Assembly: GCA_973895155.1 (NCBI GenBank)
Contig: OZ316892.1
Coordinates: 26,373,233 to 26,437,232, forward strand
DNA from: Marsupella aquatica
Lineage: Eukaryota; Plantae; Marchantiophyta
Direction: 5' to 3'
DNA length: 64,000 nt
Positions 1 to 14,649 of the stretch are shown here, in pieces. Position numbers and translations under genes: made by a program. Each line of letters starts with the position of its first letter. Within the stretch, counting starts at the first letter, position 1. Below the pieces are notes generated by a model. That model saw only the letters and a program-made list of their open reading frames with translations. It was not told the DNA's origin and ran no database searches.

Positions 1-3000
1 CTGGAGTAAGAATTCCTGCCCTTTGCAAGTAAGGTAAACTGCTAGCCATGTTCCAAACTTGAACTCAATAAAATAAATACAATTTATTTGATCAGACATT
101 CATCTAATTTCAAATGGACTTGTCATGGATTGAATCCGGACTCTCGTAACTTGAGAATTTGGTAGCATGTAACGAAAAGGCCTGATTTTGACAAATGCTT
201 GTGATAACCATGCTGTCAATTAGCCAAGGGGTCCACAAACTAATTTGGCTTTATATGGTAAATTAATTATTTTCTCTCTATTAGAGTTTCCTAGATTTGT
301 TGTACTTCCCATAATTCCCTTCTCAAAAGAAGGGATGCATTATGGTAAATCAATGCCCTGTAAAATACAAAGAGAAAACCAAAATTTTATTGAGGCCACA
401 TATCACATGCCAAGGTATAGGTTTTGACCATGCCTACCTGTCTTAGCTTTTGCCTAAACCTTTATTTCTTCAAAATTGACCATTTTATTTTATAACTCAC
501 AAAAACTTTCAAATAAGTTGCTCCTACAAATATACAGGCCTGCAATTTTTTTAAAACCGGCCAATGTATAACATGCATTCCTTGTTCTTTCACAAATCTT
601 CAGAAATATTTCACAACACCCATTGAAATGAGTCTATACTTTGTTGCGGCTGGTTGTGACATTTATATGCGCGGGAAGAGCAAAACATGAAATTTTGGAA
701 CCAGATTCAAGTTTATTAACCAGCTTTTGTTTGTAAGTACTTTCAGGTGACCTTCGTTCCCTTGTGTGGTATTGACGGCCTGTGCACCCCCATTTCCAAA
801 AACAAACAAAAAAACAAAAAAAAAATTCAGTTGAAAGCCAACGATTAACAAAATAAACTTGGGAAGTTGATTCCGTTGGTTTACGATCATTGCACATAAA
901 AAAAAGCACTAGCGTACCGTTTACTACCTCGTGGCATGTGCCCACAAGTTGAGGCAAAATTTCTGTACCACAATGAATTCTATTGTTCTTTTATATGGTC
1001 AGGTACATTGTAGTACCTCGTGGCATGTGCCCACAAGTTTGGAAAAATTCTCCCTCAGTCATGCAATAAACTCTACTGTTCTTTCATGTCACCTGGTGTT
1101 GTAGCCAGATAGTAGATTGCTATATGCTGTGCAGTCACTTGGGAACTTGATTCCGTTCCTAGATTGCAAATTTTGGTAAGTACTCATTCTGTACGCGTGA
1201 AAGAGTGGAGCAACTGATTTTCTGTTTGCTCGCATGGTTGTGTACCGAATGATCGAAGGGCGGTGTGTATATAAAATCGGTATGAAATGAAAAGCTTAAA
1301 CTCTTCAAGAATTACTGTCCAATTTAATTGAGACCATTTCAATGCCTCTGAGTGAGCTCCATGTTTCTTGTTGGAGAGCAGTGGCGATGGACCCAAATGA
1401 GATAGGTGGAGCATTTCATTTTGGGTCCATATTTCATTTTGGATCCGACAAAATGAAGACGAAAGCCCAAAATGTCTTTAGCGTTAGAGCTACGTTTTCG
1501 TCGTCAGTACATGTACTGTAAGATTATAATTGGAGCACCATTATATTTTCTTGCCAATGGCTTATTAACATGGTTTCCAAGCGATTGAGCAATGATCATT
1601 TCAACGAGAGGTACGGTCGTACTACTATTGGACAAATGGATGGACAGCACGCTCTAACAAGAACATGGGAATTGTCTAACTATGGATAATTCACACATCT
1701 CGGGCGTCTTCAAGACTTCGATCTAAAGCAATCCCATTTCAACACCTCTCCGTGAGCTCTAATCCTCACATTCACTAACTGGACTCGTTGCATGATGAGT
1801 GTACCAGACTGGCTACCTATTATCGGGTGTTGATCTGGGTTTGGAGTTCGCGTGCACGATGAACACGAGTTCGTACTTCCAATTACTGCGCTAGAACAGT
1901 GCACCGCTTTCACGCCAGCCAATCTTGACGGGAGAGGCAGCAGCAGCTGTCCAAAATCAACGTAAGCAAACCCGCAGCTTATGCACGAGCTGGATCTCGT
2001 TGATTGCTTGGGCTCGACTGCCTTCGACTGTCTCACTTTGAAAATTGAAACGCCATAGCTGAAAGTCTGAAGCTCTGAACGCCTTTTCGAGCTAGATCGT
2101 CGTCAGATGTGCAGAGGAGCCTGAATGACGTGCGGTGAATGCATGAGCGAATTGAACAGAAAGTCCTGACGACATTATGAATGTTTTAACGCAGCATAAT
2201 AACAATTATTGCTACGATCTTGGGATTCCGTGTGTTCATGCCCTCTCTTACGTTTTAAGTGTGTTAAGGTCCTAGATTACCACCTGGGGCTAAAGCCCTC
2301 TCTTTTCCCAGAGCATTGTTGCCAACGTAAACATGATGTCCCTCTATTTTAAACGAGCCCTCAATGTCCATTTTGTGAATGCTAATGAAAATGATGACAA
2401 AAATCATGCTTATTATCATTTTGACATGCATAACACCCTTTCTTTCTTTCCATCTACATAAATTTTGGTGAGCCCCTAGAGTCATGGTCTAGCCTGATCA
2501 CCTGTTTCTTGAAGAAGAGTAAACAAAAAAAAGCTTGGCTGCAGAAAAAGATATTTCTCTGATTTAGCTGTTCATATTTGCCCCCATCCGTTTGTACCCT
2601 CACTTTCACTTATGCTTTCATTTGGAGTTAGGGTCTACAGGCTTCATTCTTGAGGGTAGGCCCAGGAAGTAGCTTTTATTTGCGCTTTATTAATTAGATA
2701 TCTATAGGATTGTAAAATATGACTATAATTTTTTTCAAGGTTTTACAAAATATAGTAAACTAGCTAAACTTTGGTGTTTGTTTTTCTTTATAACAAAATT
2801 GGGGAGGGAACCTTTATTCCAACTTCCCCTTATTGTACATCACTGTTTCAGTCTCCTAACTCCAATTTGTTTTGGTGACTATTTTAATTTTAATTTGGGC
2901 CTCCGATAGCTGGCTTCCTTGTACTGTTTTCTATGTGATAACTACTTGAACCCCCATATATATTCCATTTATTAATTTGAATGTAGAAATTGATTGAATC

Positions 3001-3309
3001 CCTTCAAGTTTATTTATTTCTGTGCCACCTTTCTCAGCATCTAATTGAAGGGAAAAGAAAATCTATCTTATTTGAACTAGTGACCTCAAGGTTACAACTG
3101 GACTCTTCTACCACTACATCACATAGATGTGTTCAACAAATGGCGTACCTAAATTACATTTAACATATAAGTCATTCTGACATTTCCATAACCAACAACC
3201 TCCTCTGGGCCCGCGCCTCCCTGTCCTGGGAGAGTTTGAAAAATTTCAATGCGCTTCAATTCCCATGCTTTTCATCATTGCAAGTTTTATAGTTATTTTA
3301 TATTTCCAT

Positions 3310-3537
3310 TATCTTATACAAAATTTGTATTTTAATAAATTTAGAAATGATAGTGTAACATAATTTTTATATATTTTTCAATAAGTTAAAATAGTGAAGC
3401 ACTAGAATGATGTAACTATCTTATACAAAATTTGTATTTTAATAAATTTAGAAATGATAGTGTAACATAATTTTAAAATATTTTTCAATAAGTTAAAATA
3501 GTGAAGCACTAGAATGAAGCACTAGAATGATGTAGCT
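3310..3537. repeat. AT-rich ~107-bp tandem duplication
   Basis: TATCTTATACAAAATTTGTATTTTAATAAATTTAGAAATG...GAAGCACTAGAATGATGTA occurs at ~3310 and again at ~3417; the second copy has an extra internal GAAGCACTAGAAT duplication. Confidence 0.85.
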
Positions 3538-5228
3538 ATATAGCTATATCAAGAGCCAAAGTTTTGAGATTTTAGAATTTTTTTACAACATAAGCACTCC
3601 AGGTTAGCATTTTCAAGCATTCTGTTGAGAGTACAAAGAGGTCGTTCCTAGGAAAATCTAGCTTGCCATGTAGGATCAGTAGTCATCATATACCTGAATA
3701 TATGGGGCCCCAAGTTCTTGTAGTGCCATCCAGTGTTGTGCAACTCCAATACGAAACATGACTTATTTCAAGGCAATGCTAAAAGATTATCCTCCTAGTG
3801 ATTCAAATTTTCAGTTTAAAAAAAAGGTATACACTGAAGAGTGTCTGCATCACAATTCTATTAAGGTTTGAGAAGTCCTCAAATACCTGAATTGCCCACA
3901 AGTACTCGTAAAGGCAACTGTGCAATTGTGTGTCCAGAAGTAGAATGGGCCTTCATTAGGTGGTCCAAATGAGTTTGTCCAGACCAGCTTAAATGCCTAT
4001 TCTTTGAATATTTATAGCATTGATGACAAAAATCATCATACATGATTCATGTCTTAGATAACAGGTGTCTATTGTGCTTCAGCGGTCACAGACCTTCACT
4101 ATGCTTTGTAGGGGAGAGGCTGTTGAATTTTGGGCATCTACTTGGATTTCCTAGCTTGACCCTCCTATGCAATTTACGCCTTAGCTTTACCAGGCTCTTC
4201 AGTTGCAGATAGGTAAGGTTTAGGTTTGTGTGTTTGTGGTTTTTCTTGTGCCACGCTCCTGCCCTAGTCTTTTTGGCTTATTGCTCTTTTCTTTGTTCTC
4301 CCTTGATTGGAGTTTTGCCTTCTGGGATCATGTCTCCCCGGTGAGGCCTTATGCATTTTGCCGGTTTGACATATATTTTGACATACATACGTCCTTTAAG
4401 GCCTTCTTTCTGAAAATTTTGGTGGGGCCCTAAAGTCACTTCTAGAGGTTCCCCCTAAACCCTAGGCCCCAACTGTAGTTTCTCTTCCCAATCTATTAAT
4501 AAGGTTAGTAGAATGGGCCTTCATGACATGGTCTAAATGAGCCATGAAGTAAATGATGGAAATCAAAATGATGTTTCAAGGCAAAAATGAGCCATGAAGT
4601 AATGTAAAGCCACCCTCAGTTTCTCGTGATCTCAATAAGTGTCATGATTGGGCCAAACAGAAAATGTTACTACAATGGGAAACCTTCACCAACCTCCATT
4701 GCGATGCATTTAAGGCGCAGCACCTATAATGTAGCTTACTCATAGAACACATCGAAAAAGCACTAAAGCATTCCGTGGAGAGGATCGAGAGAGGTATGAA
4801 AGCTCGATCTCAAACTCCCAAACGCTCTGCTGTATGAAACCTCGTGAAGCCTTCTTTCAATAACTTTGGAGCTCGATCAATAATACAATCCTACCATGCG
4901 GAATCTTGCGATACAGGAGTGAGAGCAAAAGTGTCACAACTGCAGAGATTGTGACTTTCGTGAAGCTCATTCACATCCCCGTATAGATAATGAGACTGCC
5001 TTTGCTCGGATTCGTTTTTCCACATGCACTTTGATTTTTTGACAGTCGTTTGACTTTCTTCGAATTGTGCAAAACTTTACGAATCGCAGAAGCATTTTGG
5101 GAATTTTATCACAGTACAATAGAATCATAGATCCAATCGATCAGCTGTACGCGAGTTGTGAGTTTCGTCGATCATCGAGCTCGTTCAGGTCTCCTCGTTG
5201 CTGGGGTTTAGTAATTTTACAGATTCGG

Positions 5229-5280
5229 TTCTCTTCTCTTCTCTTCTCTTCTCTTCTCTTCTCTTCTCTTCTCTTCTCTT
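5229..5280. repeat. (TTCTC)n pentanucleotide microsatellite
   Basis: About 10 units read directly; it explains the spurious EEKRR and LLFSS repeats in the ORF track. Confidence 0.95.
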
Positions 5281-8200
5281 CAAAAGTGCATAGTATGCGA
5301 AACGCCGAGCACTGAGTAAGAATTTCGGAGATTTCCACAGCGTCGAGTGTTGCGCAACTTCATGAACTTGTGAACATTAATCCACCGACTTGCAACTCGA
5401 GAGCTGTGATGGGGGATATTAAGTGCAAGCGCGTACTTCTTTGGCGTTAGAAAGTAATGTTGATCTCGCAACCCGTCTCGAAATTTAGCAACACAAAGAA
5501 CACTTTCATACAACCGAGCTTTTCCCTCGGCTTCAAGGTTTCAACCTTTTCACTCTAAAATCCATTTATACCGCACCCGGCGCCCCGGCCTCGAGGGAAC
5601 GAAAACAATGCCTTATGCTCCCTTTTAATTCGTTGTAATACACTCAGGGTTTATTCTGGGCACGAAACAAGATCAATATGTAGGGTTTCCAATGCCCACA
5701 ATCCCTTCCTGGTTGCGCATGAAGAACAAAACAAAAATGGTCTCCCTGACAAGTTCTCATGAGGATTATACAGTAGGATGATGGGAAAAATGTGGATAAT
5801 GATCCAAAGTACCTGGGAAGGTGTCTCTCATGCCTTGAGAATGGGGAGAAAATGGCGTGCACTGAACAATGTCAAGTTCTCAGGACACCAAACTCCTACG
5901 ATTACTTATTGCCACCTGCCTCGGTTGGCCCGTTTCGGGATCAGTGATTCTTTTTATCCAATTTTTTGTCTCCATCCGTGTGACCTTTCCAGCTAGTTCT
6001 GTCAGCTCTTAGATAGACGCATGGCTGATCGACCTCACATTTTAGTTAGACAGTCGATAGCTGTGAGGACTATCGAGCTAAAATTTAACCCTAAATCGTG
6101 CCTTTTCCCTGGGAAACCTCTTTGGCGTTCAATTCTTGCTTTCATTGGGTCTCAACAAACCCACTGATGCGATAGTTTCCTTTTGTTCTGCAGACCTTTT
6201 GGACAGTCTTTTTGCCAGCTCTAGCATTCCTCCTACTTGAAGCAATGAAAGCTCTGGGTGCATCCATGACCTTTCTCCCGTACATGGTTCTCAGTAGTGT
6301 TGCAGAAGATCTTTTCTGGCCATCGGTCGTGATCACATGGGCCTGAAAATGACCACCCCTAAGCTGCCCCCAAATTAAACGAGAAGGATCAGAAACAATT
6401 GATTGAAAGGGAGAGGACATAGAAGCCAGTGCAGGGGAGGGGAAATTGAAAGAGAAACAAATGTCGAGTGGAATGGAGCAGCGAACCATAGACAATCATA
6501 TGGTTCACTTCATTATCTCCCTATCCAGAGCACTGACCGACTATGGTAAGTAAGACCAATTTTCCACCTCCTCGAAATAACAGAGTTGGAGATGGGCAAA
6601 TGTTTCTAAAACGGTCACGTGGCTGGGGAACCGTGGGAAATAGCGAATGAAAGAAACCACGGAGAGGACTTTTTCAAGAAAGGCAAAGTAATCAAACCCC
6701 AAACCTCAGAATTTTCTTCTTGCCATCATTCAGCACTAGACAATATTTTACACAGCATCCTCCTCTCTGCTGCTTTCAATACAGTACTGCGTGTACACTC
6801 CTACGGGTTAAACTAAGGGAATCAATTGTCATATCATAAGACCCCAGTGAAGAAAAAAGTTTCCTGAGGGAATTTGAGTAGACACACTCAAGTCAAGATA
6901 GAATGGAATCCACATGATGGACTGCCAGGGAAAGAGGTCCGAGTCAAAACATGGGCCAAATGGTGGACAGGAAAGAAATTTCCATGCTGATGAAGGAGAC
7001 CCAAGTCAAGAAAGGGTCCTAGCGTGGACCAGAAATATGTCAATTTTTTCACTCAGGCTGGATACGAGACAGTATCTGTAGGGAATTGTACTTGAGCTTT
7101 TCGTTGGCAGACAGATGCAGTTAGTCTCAGCTTTTTTGGATGGGGGAGACCAGGAAAACTCTTCAATTTCTGACATAGATTTGCGGTAGCTGCGATCTGA
7201 TCTCGTGGAGGTGCATCATTTTTCATCTCTCCCCCCTTGTTGGGCGCTTTACAAAATTAGTACCTCCTGTAGCATCCTGCAGTCTGTTGTGTGGAGTGCT
7301 CCATACTCATTGGAAGTCATTCTGGAACACAGCCCAACTGTATTGATTGTGCATCATTAAGCATTCATTAATCTGGCAGTTGACTGATTATTATTCAGGG
7401 CTGTCCGGCTGTAGGCCTGTAGCAATGTAGACAGCAAGGCACAGTCATTTCTACATTAGTTCCCCGAATGCGTACAATACACGAGCTGAAGGACAATATA
7501 TATTATGCTCGTACGTAGGACGTTTCAGTCGGGTTTCCGTTCGAGGAGACACGGATTGATGAATTCCCCGGTCAAGGGAGGGAAGTTCAATCAAACCGAT
7601 GTACCCAAAGGATAATTGCACAATTATCTGGCGGAAATTACCGTGAGGTGTCTCCTCCCAGTTCCCAGTGAAATGCAAAGTGACACAGCAGATGAGAAGA
7701 CCGACAGGAGCTTTAATTGCGCTTCAGCACGTTTGAATGGGGCATGTACCAACCCCCCTCACCTACCCAAGTGCCCCGTCGTTTGCCGCAAGCTGGAAAC
7801 AGTGCTGAGTATCAGAGTAATTGCTAGCTGTACAATCATCACCATTCTCGAAAGAGACTGGTTTGCTTACTCCATATTGAGTTTCGGATCACAACCTTGG
7901 AGTGACTGGACGGGGACGGAGCCCTTTGTTTATGACACCTCGGAGCTGTACCTGCTGGACAGCTGCTGCTGCTTCTGCGGCTAAATCAGTCATTCAGTCG
8001 TGTCCTGTCAGCGTAGAGCTGTTGGATATTCATTTGTAAGCAGAGTCAACTTGTCCTTGAAAGAGAGCCTCTCCAATACATATGTAGCTCAGTAGCTCAT
8101 GTCTTTAGCTCTGAAACAAGTGTTAGTGTTTGAGTCTGCAAACCTCTGTGTGCCAGTCTCAGGCAGGCATGCTGGCTGCCACACGATCGACAGCTGCAGC

Positions 8201-8480
8201 TTCGCAATAACTTACCTGCACAATCGATAGAGGTGGGCATTGCATCCCTTGCAACCGTGAAGTATGTCCACCTATCCCAATCCGGCCGGAGGCCTTGTTG
8301 TGGTTTTGGAATACATGTGCTTGCGCTTGTTGAGAGCATGCGGATCAAACATATTCTGATTAGACACTGTAGTGGTCTATCTATCAGGGCTTGTCATTGA
8401 AACACTCTATTTGTTCGTTGGGGTATTTAAGTACATTGCTCGTCTAGGAGAGAAGAATTTCGAGTGGAGAGTCAACTCAA

Positions 8481-11400
8481 ATGGCTCCTCCTTCGCTGTC
8501 GACTATGTCGATGAGCATCGACCCCAAGGCCTCATCAAAACACTTCGTCAGCACCGCTGGGTTGCGTCCAACGGAGGATGGTGACTTACAGAAGAAGTCC
8601 TCTTCCTCGGTCATAGGTTCGGAAGTGAACACCGACACAGCAGCAGCTCTTCCAGGAGCTCAATCTGATGGTGGCCAGACCCAACAGGAAGGTACTACGA
8701 GACAAGGAGAAGACAAGAAACTACTGTCATGTGAGGACGTTTTGCGTCGTAAGAACGAGGGTGAGCCATTGATCGTAGTGGATGGGAATGTGTATGACGT
8801 GACCGAGTTTCTGGAGACTCATCCTGGAGGTGCCGAGGTACTTGCACGTACAAATTTAGACCTTGATGCGCTTTAAAGGGACAGCAGGAGGTTCAATCTG
8901 TCTTTCATGCAAAAGCTGTCCAGAGAGTGAACAATCTCCAAAATCAGTAAAATTTCTTGTACAGCCACTCCCATAGTTTCTGAAGTGCACTTACTACATC
9001 AATCTGTTGTTGGTGTTGTCGTGGGTTCTGCAGTTGATAATGGAGCATTTGAAATCGGTAGGAGTGAAAGACGCTGGGCCGCTGATGCGGGGAAAGATTG
9101 ATGCGGATGGGCACAGTCATAGCAAAGCTGCTTTTCGCATGTTAGAGCAATTCTTCGTCGGATCACTCAAGACAGCTTCTGGGTATGTGAAGAATGCTTG
9201 CAGGTCCTACTTTCCGATTGAGATGTTCAAAGTCATAGCTATTGTTGGAATGTCTTTCTCATAGAAATCTTGTACGCATTGTCTTGGGTTCTGCATCCCT
9301 GCTGTGATGTAGTTGCTATCTAAGTATATACGCTCGGTTCTTAAGCTGCGTCTGCGCTACCAGATGTGGTTTCTTGGACAGGACGTGTTGCCCAGACTTA
9401 GCCAAGTATATATGGACGATCCTCTTCATCGTTTACGTGGTTGTGTGATAATAATTGCAGTGCTGTCCTATCCGAAGCTCGTGAAGCAAAGAAGTACCGT
9501 TACACCGTAGATTTAACGAAGCCTATCGTTCCACAGGTTATTCCTGGCTGTTGCTTTCTGCGTGATATTGGCTTGTTCATGTACTAGGATGTTTGTCTTG
9601 TGGGCCACCTTAGTTTCTCAGCATCTACGTACAACTCTACGTGCCAAGCAAAGCAAAGATCAAGGGACCATGATGGCATCGGCTGATCCGGAGCTGAATT
9701 TGCTGATGTCAGGTTGGCTATCTCGGGCTGGACTATGACCAGTGGGTCCACGATCCAATCATCAGCAAGGAAAGTCCTCGGTTTTTCGAGAGTGATCTTC
9801 ATGAGGTGAGTTTGAACCTGAGAGCCCCGGAACAGACCACGGCTGCATTGAATTGGCGAGGTTTTCTTGAAATAGATGAGAATGTTGCACTGTAGTGGCT
9901 GTATACGAAATCTCCAGTTTTTTTGTGTATCAGATTAGGAAAATGTCACCCCGGTCTGAACCCGAGGTCACCAAGACTGGCTCGATCCCTAGATTTACGA
10001 GATGAAACGGCACCCGTATGATGTGACAATGAAGTAGCAATCAGTGCCTATCATCTGGAGGTTGTTGGCCCCACCGGGGGAGAAGGAACTCTTTCTTCCT
10101 CACTGGACTCATGACCCCGCTCATGACAGGAGAAGACATTGCACTTAGATATCATTGTATCCAGGAAATCGTCTGAATCAATCTCCAGAGATTACTGTGC
10201 GCCGCAACAATTTGGGGTCTCAATTTTCTTGAAAGCGAGATGGGAATTTCGGAAACCTCAGTTGGGAATTGAAACGTGATGCCTGCATTCTTTTCTAGCT
10301 CGTAGATCGAAGCTTGTAGGGCAATCCGCACCTTGTCATTATGTTGTCCCATGTTGAGCCACATGGAGTTGGTGAAGTCTATTGTTCGAAATTTCCACGC
10401 ACGTATCGCGTGCCAAAACCTCGCCCCCGCAACTCAGGAAATGCTTGTAAAGCGGTCGATCGGTGCAGCGACCGCTTTACAAGCATTTCTTGTTTTTTGG
10501 TTTCGACATTTGGGACCATTTTTCTGTAACCAGCGTTCCGCAGCGATGGTCTCTATTATCCTCTACCGGCCTTGACGAGAACGCTCTGATTTCGGACGGA
10601 AATCATTGCGTGCATAGCGTCTTGAAAATATGTGAAGCCCGATGTAAATCGGACGGAAATCAGTGCGTGCATAGCGTCTTGAAAATATGTGAAGCCCGAT
10701 GTGAAGTACCCATTGTTTCCGTCAGGTGCTCCCGGTGACAATCTGGATTCCATAAATCACCGTCTTACAGTCTAGATTCTCACATTGATCTTGGCAATGA
10801 CTGTGTCGTGTTCGCGATCATCCCAAAGAGCGCTTCTACAGTAGTGATCGAGGCTGTAATTCTGTTGCCTAGAAGGCTGTGATGCAGCAAGTCGCTCTCT
10901 GCGCGGCTGAGCGGTGGAATTGGTACGAATTTGCAGTGGTCTTGGCCAACTCGAAGGCTTTGTTGTGCATATGCGTTGGATTCAGAGCTCGGGGTGCTTG
11001 TAGTTGTTGACAAAAGAGATGACAGTGGTAGAAAGTGTACAAGCCATGCAAAATGGTACGGTATGAGTGGAATCCTGGGTGAACCATACCGTGAAGAACC
11101 TTCAGCCATGTGCGCCATGCTCGTACGGTGGCCATTATGGATCAAACCCAGGATTCCATTCATACTCACCCCTTTCAGTTCGGGTATGGTCCTCTCAACG
11201 AGAGATTCCCAACTCAATACCCGGAGTTGCATTCATTCCGACTCATTTCGTTGGCTTCTTGAGAATTGACCTCTTGAGTAGTGAGCAAATCCTTCTAACC
11301 TATAGACAAGTGCTCAGCTGTCAAATAAGAGTTGAACTAAAGGTTTGGTTGCTCTTGTGTCGCCCATATATCATAAAGTCTGTTTGATTTGTGCAGCTTT

Positions 11401-12594
11401 TGACCAGAACGAAATGGTGGGTGATTCCGCTAGCTTGGGTACCTGTAGCGATGATAATGTTCTACGTGGCCTTGATGATTGAAAAGGTTCCACTCCATCT
11501 GCTGCCGGGACAATGTGTCGTCGGAGTTGCGATCTGGACATTGCTGGAGTATCTGTTGCACCGTTTTGTCTTCCACATGAAGACGTCCAGTTACTGGTGA
11601 CGCCCCACTCTTGCTTCCACCCAACGGATTGTTAGTTGTCGGAAAAAGAATTCTCTACTTGTGCTCAGAGCTAGAGATCGATGATTGCATCCTTCTGTCC
11701 TCGATCTGATGACGTCGAGTAGAGTACTCATGTACAGTTCCCTGACTGGCAGTGACCCGGGCAGTGAGACCTCTGTCTAGTACTTATGAACTGTTACCCG
11801 TACTGACTTTATTTTGCTTTGGTGTCCTATGTTCCGATCCATGATACCAGGACCAATACCTTCCACTACGTTCTCCACGGTTTCCACCACAAGCATCCCA
11901 TGGACGGTGCTCGTCTCGTCTTCCCTCCAGCATTTACCCTTGTGATTTGCATTGCGGTAAGTGATCTGACTCAGGCCACAGTAAATGTCTACAGCGCCAT
12001 TATTAAATTAAGACCATCTTCTGTCACATAAAGTAGAGATGCAACTACTCGATCAGACGTTATTCGGAACTTCAGACGGGTGAAGATAGTTGAAATGTGT
12101 TGAAATGTTGCAGATCTGGTTTATCACAGGGAACTGGATTGTACGCTACCCCAGTAAATTGTGTGTCTACGCAGCGGGTCTTCTGGCTTACGTGGTCTAT
12201 GACCTCACGCACTACTTCCTCCATTTCGGCACTGCTTTCAACGATGAAACTCGTAAAATGAAGGTCAGTATTGTGGGCACGATTTTAGGCCTTGTTGGAT
12301 TCGTGAATTGTTTTGTGGTGACCTCAATCAAGTTGACCTCATTTATTGCCCAATTGAGAACTGTCTTCTCCAATCTTTGGGACTTTGAATTGATGCTGTA
12401 CGTAGAAACTCATGAAGTCGGATAGATGAGGTATAGGTATTGCTCAGGTTAACTCACAGATTGTTGTGGTACTGCATCAGAGATACCATTTGAACCATCA
12501 TTTCAAGGATCAGAATAATGGGTATGGAATCACCACTACCCTGTGGGATTCACTATTCAGGACTCAGCCTGACGCAAAAATGTCCGTTGATTAG
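8481..12594 (+). CDS. FAH: Sphingolipid fatty-acid 2-hydroxylase (FAH/FA2H/Scs7 family) with N-terminal cytochrome b5 domain, 8 exons
   Basis: GT-AG exons with consistent phases: 8481-8837, 9034-9182, 9461-9536, 9713-9805, 11397-11596, 11851-11956, 12114-12263, 12481-12594 (TAG). Cyt b5 motifs: VYDVTEFLETHPGG and GHSHSKAA. FAH motifs: VDLTKPIVPQVGYLG, WVHDPI, LTRTKWW. His boxes: EYLLHRFVFH, LHGFHHKHPMD, YDLTHYFLH, RYHLNHHFK. C-terminal GITTTLWD. Confidence 0.93.
10592..10702. repeat. 57-bp tandem duplication in FAH intron 4
   Basis: TCGGACGGAAATCA(T/G)TGCGTGCATAGCGTCTTGAAAATATGTGAAGCCCGATGT at 10592 and 10649. Confidence 0.9.
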
Positions 12595-14649
12595 AGACTC
12601 AGTCAAAAGGGAATATATGAACTTGCAGACAGTGAGACAGTCCGTCTGCGATCAGGTTGCGTCATATTCGTTATACCAGACTGTGAGTATCACGAGCTGC
12701 CTGGTTCGGGGCTAGCATTGCCCTGAACCAGGCAATCGGAGGGACAGTTCGAGTTCAAGCGTTCGCCAACGACGCACCAGTTGACAAATTGTCAGAATGA
12801 TGGTCGATCAATCCACCGACTTGGCGCGTGTTCAGATTGTGCATATTGTTCGATATAGAGAAAGACCATGTACGTACTAACAATGTAGCGTATCAAAATC
12901 ACACATCAATTCTTTCCTCGTCAAGCTGGTATCGACATGTACAGAAGACTGGTTACCGAGTTCATTAGGCATAGTAGTTCTCTCACTCTCAATTCTTAAA
13001 CGAGAGATTGAGATAAACTGGCAGCTCGGTTATTGATTATAGCTATTAGCGATTATTATAGAAAAGGATTGGAATTAGTCAATGGGATCGAAGGATTTGT
13101 GGATATTCAACAGCGATTTTCGATCCATCCACTGCTGATAAGCCTGTCCTGAATTTACCTTCACAAATAAATTAGGTTTGCATCATGTGTGTATCAACTT
13201 GAGTTGACTGCTGTAGCAGTCTTAAGAAATTTACGCCTAGCTTGGATCGTAAGCGTCGTTTGCTGATCATGTATCAAACTGATGAGCCGATTGTTCTTAG
13301 ACTGCAATAAATGATGACTGTTGCCTTTTCTTGTTGAATTTTGTCCACTGAATTTTCTTGTCTTGTTGTCCTTGTTCACTCTTGGCATCGTTGTCTGTTT
13401 ACCTTAGAAACTCAAAGAAGATCCACCCACCATAAACTGACGGTCATGCACCACTGGAAAATAACGCATGAGAAATGGTATCCCAGGTGCCCAACTGCTC
13501 ACCAGCCTTCAAAGCCTCCAGTCATGAATGGTGTCCATTCCAGCTCCCAGATGGTGTCCAAGAGGTACAGTAGAGAGATTTTATGCTTGTGGTAATAATG
13601 TTACCCCAAAGGCGCAAACCTTGAGATAATTTGACCTTTGATTTGACATAAACAATTTACCTGGGAAGACCGTTTTTATTTAAGCTAGCCATGAAAAACT
13701 GAGAAAGCGAGTTACAAACTTTAAGGCTCTCCACTCTTGGTTACAGCCAGAGGGAACCAGGCTGAATGTAAATTCTTCTTAATATTTCGTGCGTGATACT
13801 GAAGAATGGTGACTAGCCTGAAAGCCCATTCTTTGAATGTTAATAGGAATGATGACTCATCCTTCTTTTTCATCTGCAATTTTGGTGTTCACTCTAGAAA
13901 CCTGAGTTTATGTTCACAGTTGATTAGTAAGATAGAGAAGTGTGTCTGGATATGAAAGAATTATGAAACTTCTCCTCTGGTTTTCCTGGAAATAGTAAAG
14001 TAAAGACATTTCTTTGCCATCAAGTGTAACAATGCAATTCAAGAGTACAGTAGCACAATCCGAGGTTGGTTCCATAAGTGGGGGAAGAAGAGTAGGTCAG
14101 TGCCCCAAGAAGCCAGAAATCTTGGAAGGGATCAGAGAAAAACATTAATTACAGTTGTTTGGGGCCTTGCCTGTAATCACACATCATACATTACCACATT
14201 TTTGTTATGTACACATCATATATTATCACATTTTTGTTATACTTTTTTGTCGGCTTTTAAATTAGGGACCCTTGGCTTGTTTTTTCTTGGGGCCCTTTCC
14301 TCATTTTTCCTCCTCTTCATTGGGTTGCTTTGCCTTTGGGATCCTATCTCCAGGGTTGGTGTTTTTGCCCTTGGGCACCTTGATATAATATACAGCCATG
14401 AGTATCTTTAACAATTACTACTCACCAATTCTGCACATGATTGTGATTGGCTCACAACGGTTGTAATGAATGCTCCACAATTATTGTGTATTTATTTAAA
14501 TATAGTGTAGGCATAGGGGTATGAGGGGGAGTGCCCCTCCCTCGTGGGCATGGAACCTTGCTCTCAATCAACGATGAAGTTCCCTCAGGAGTTGTCTTAC
14601 ATGTAGACAGCCCTTTGTCTGTCTGCCATCAACTTAACAGATAGATGAC

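Noticed and set aside
10152-11387. Nested gene in the 1.6-kb FAH intron 4
   Set aside because: Short ORFs on both strands without recognisable domains, partly produced by a 57-bp duplication.
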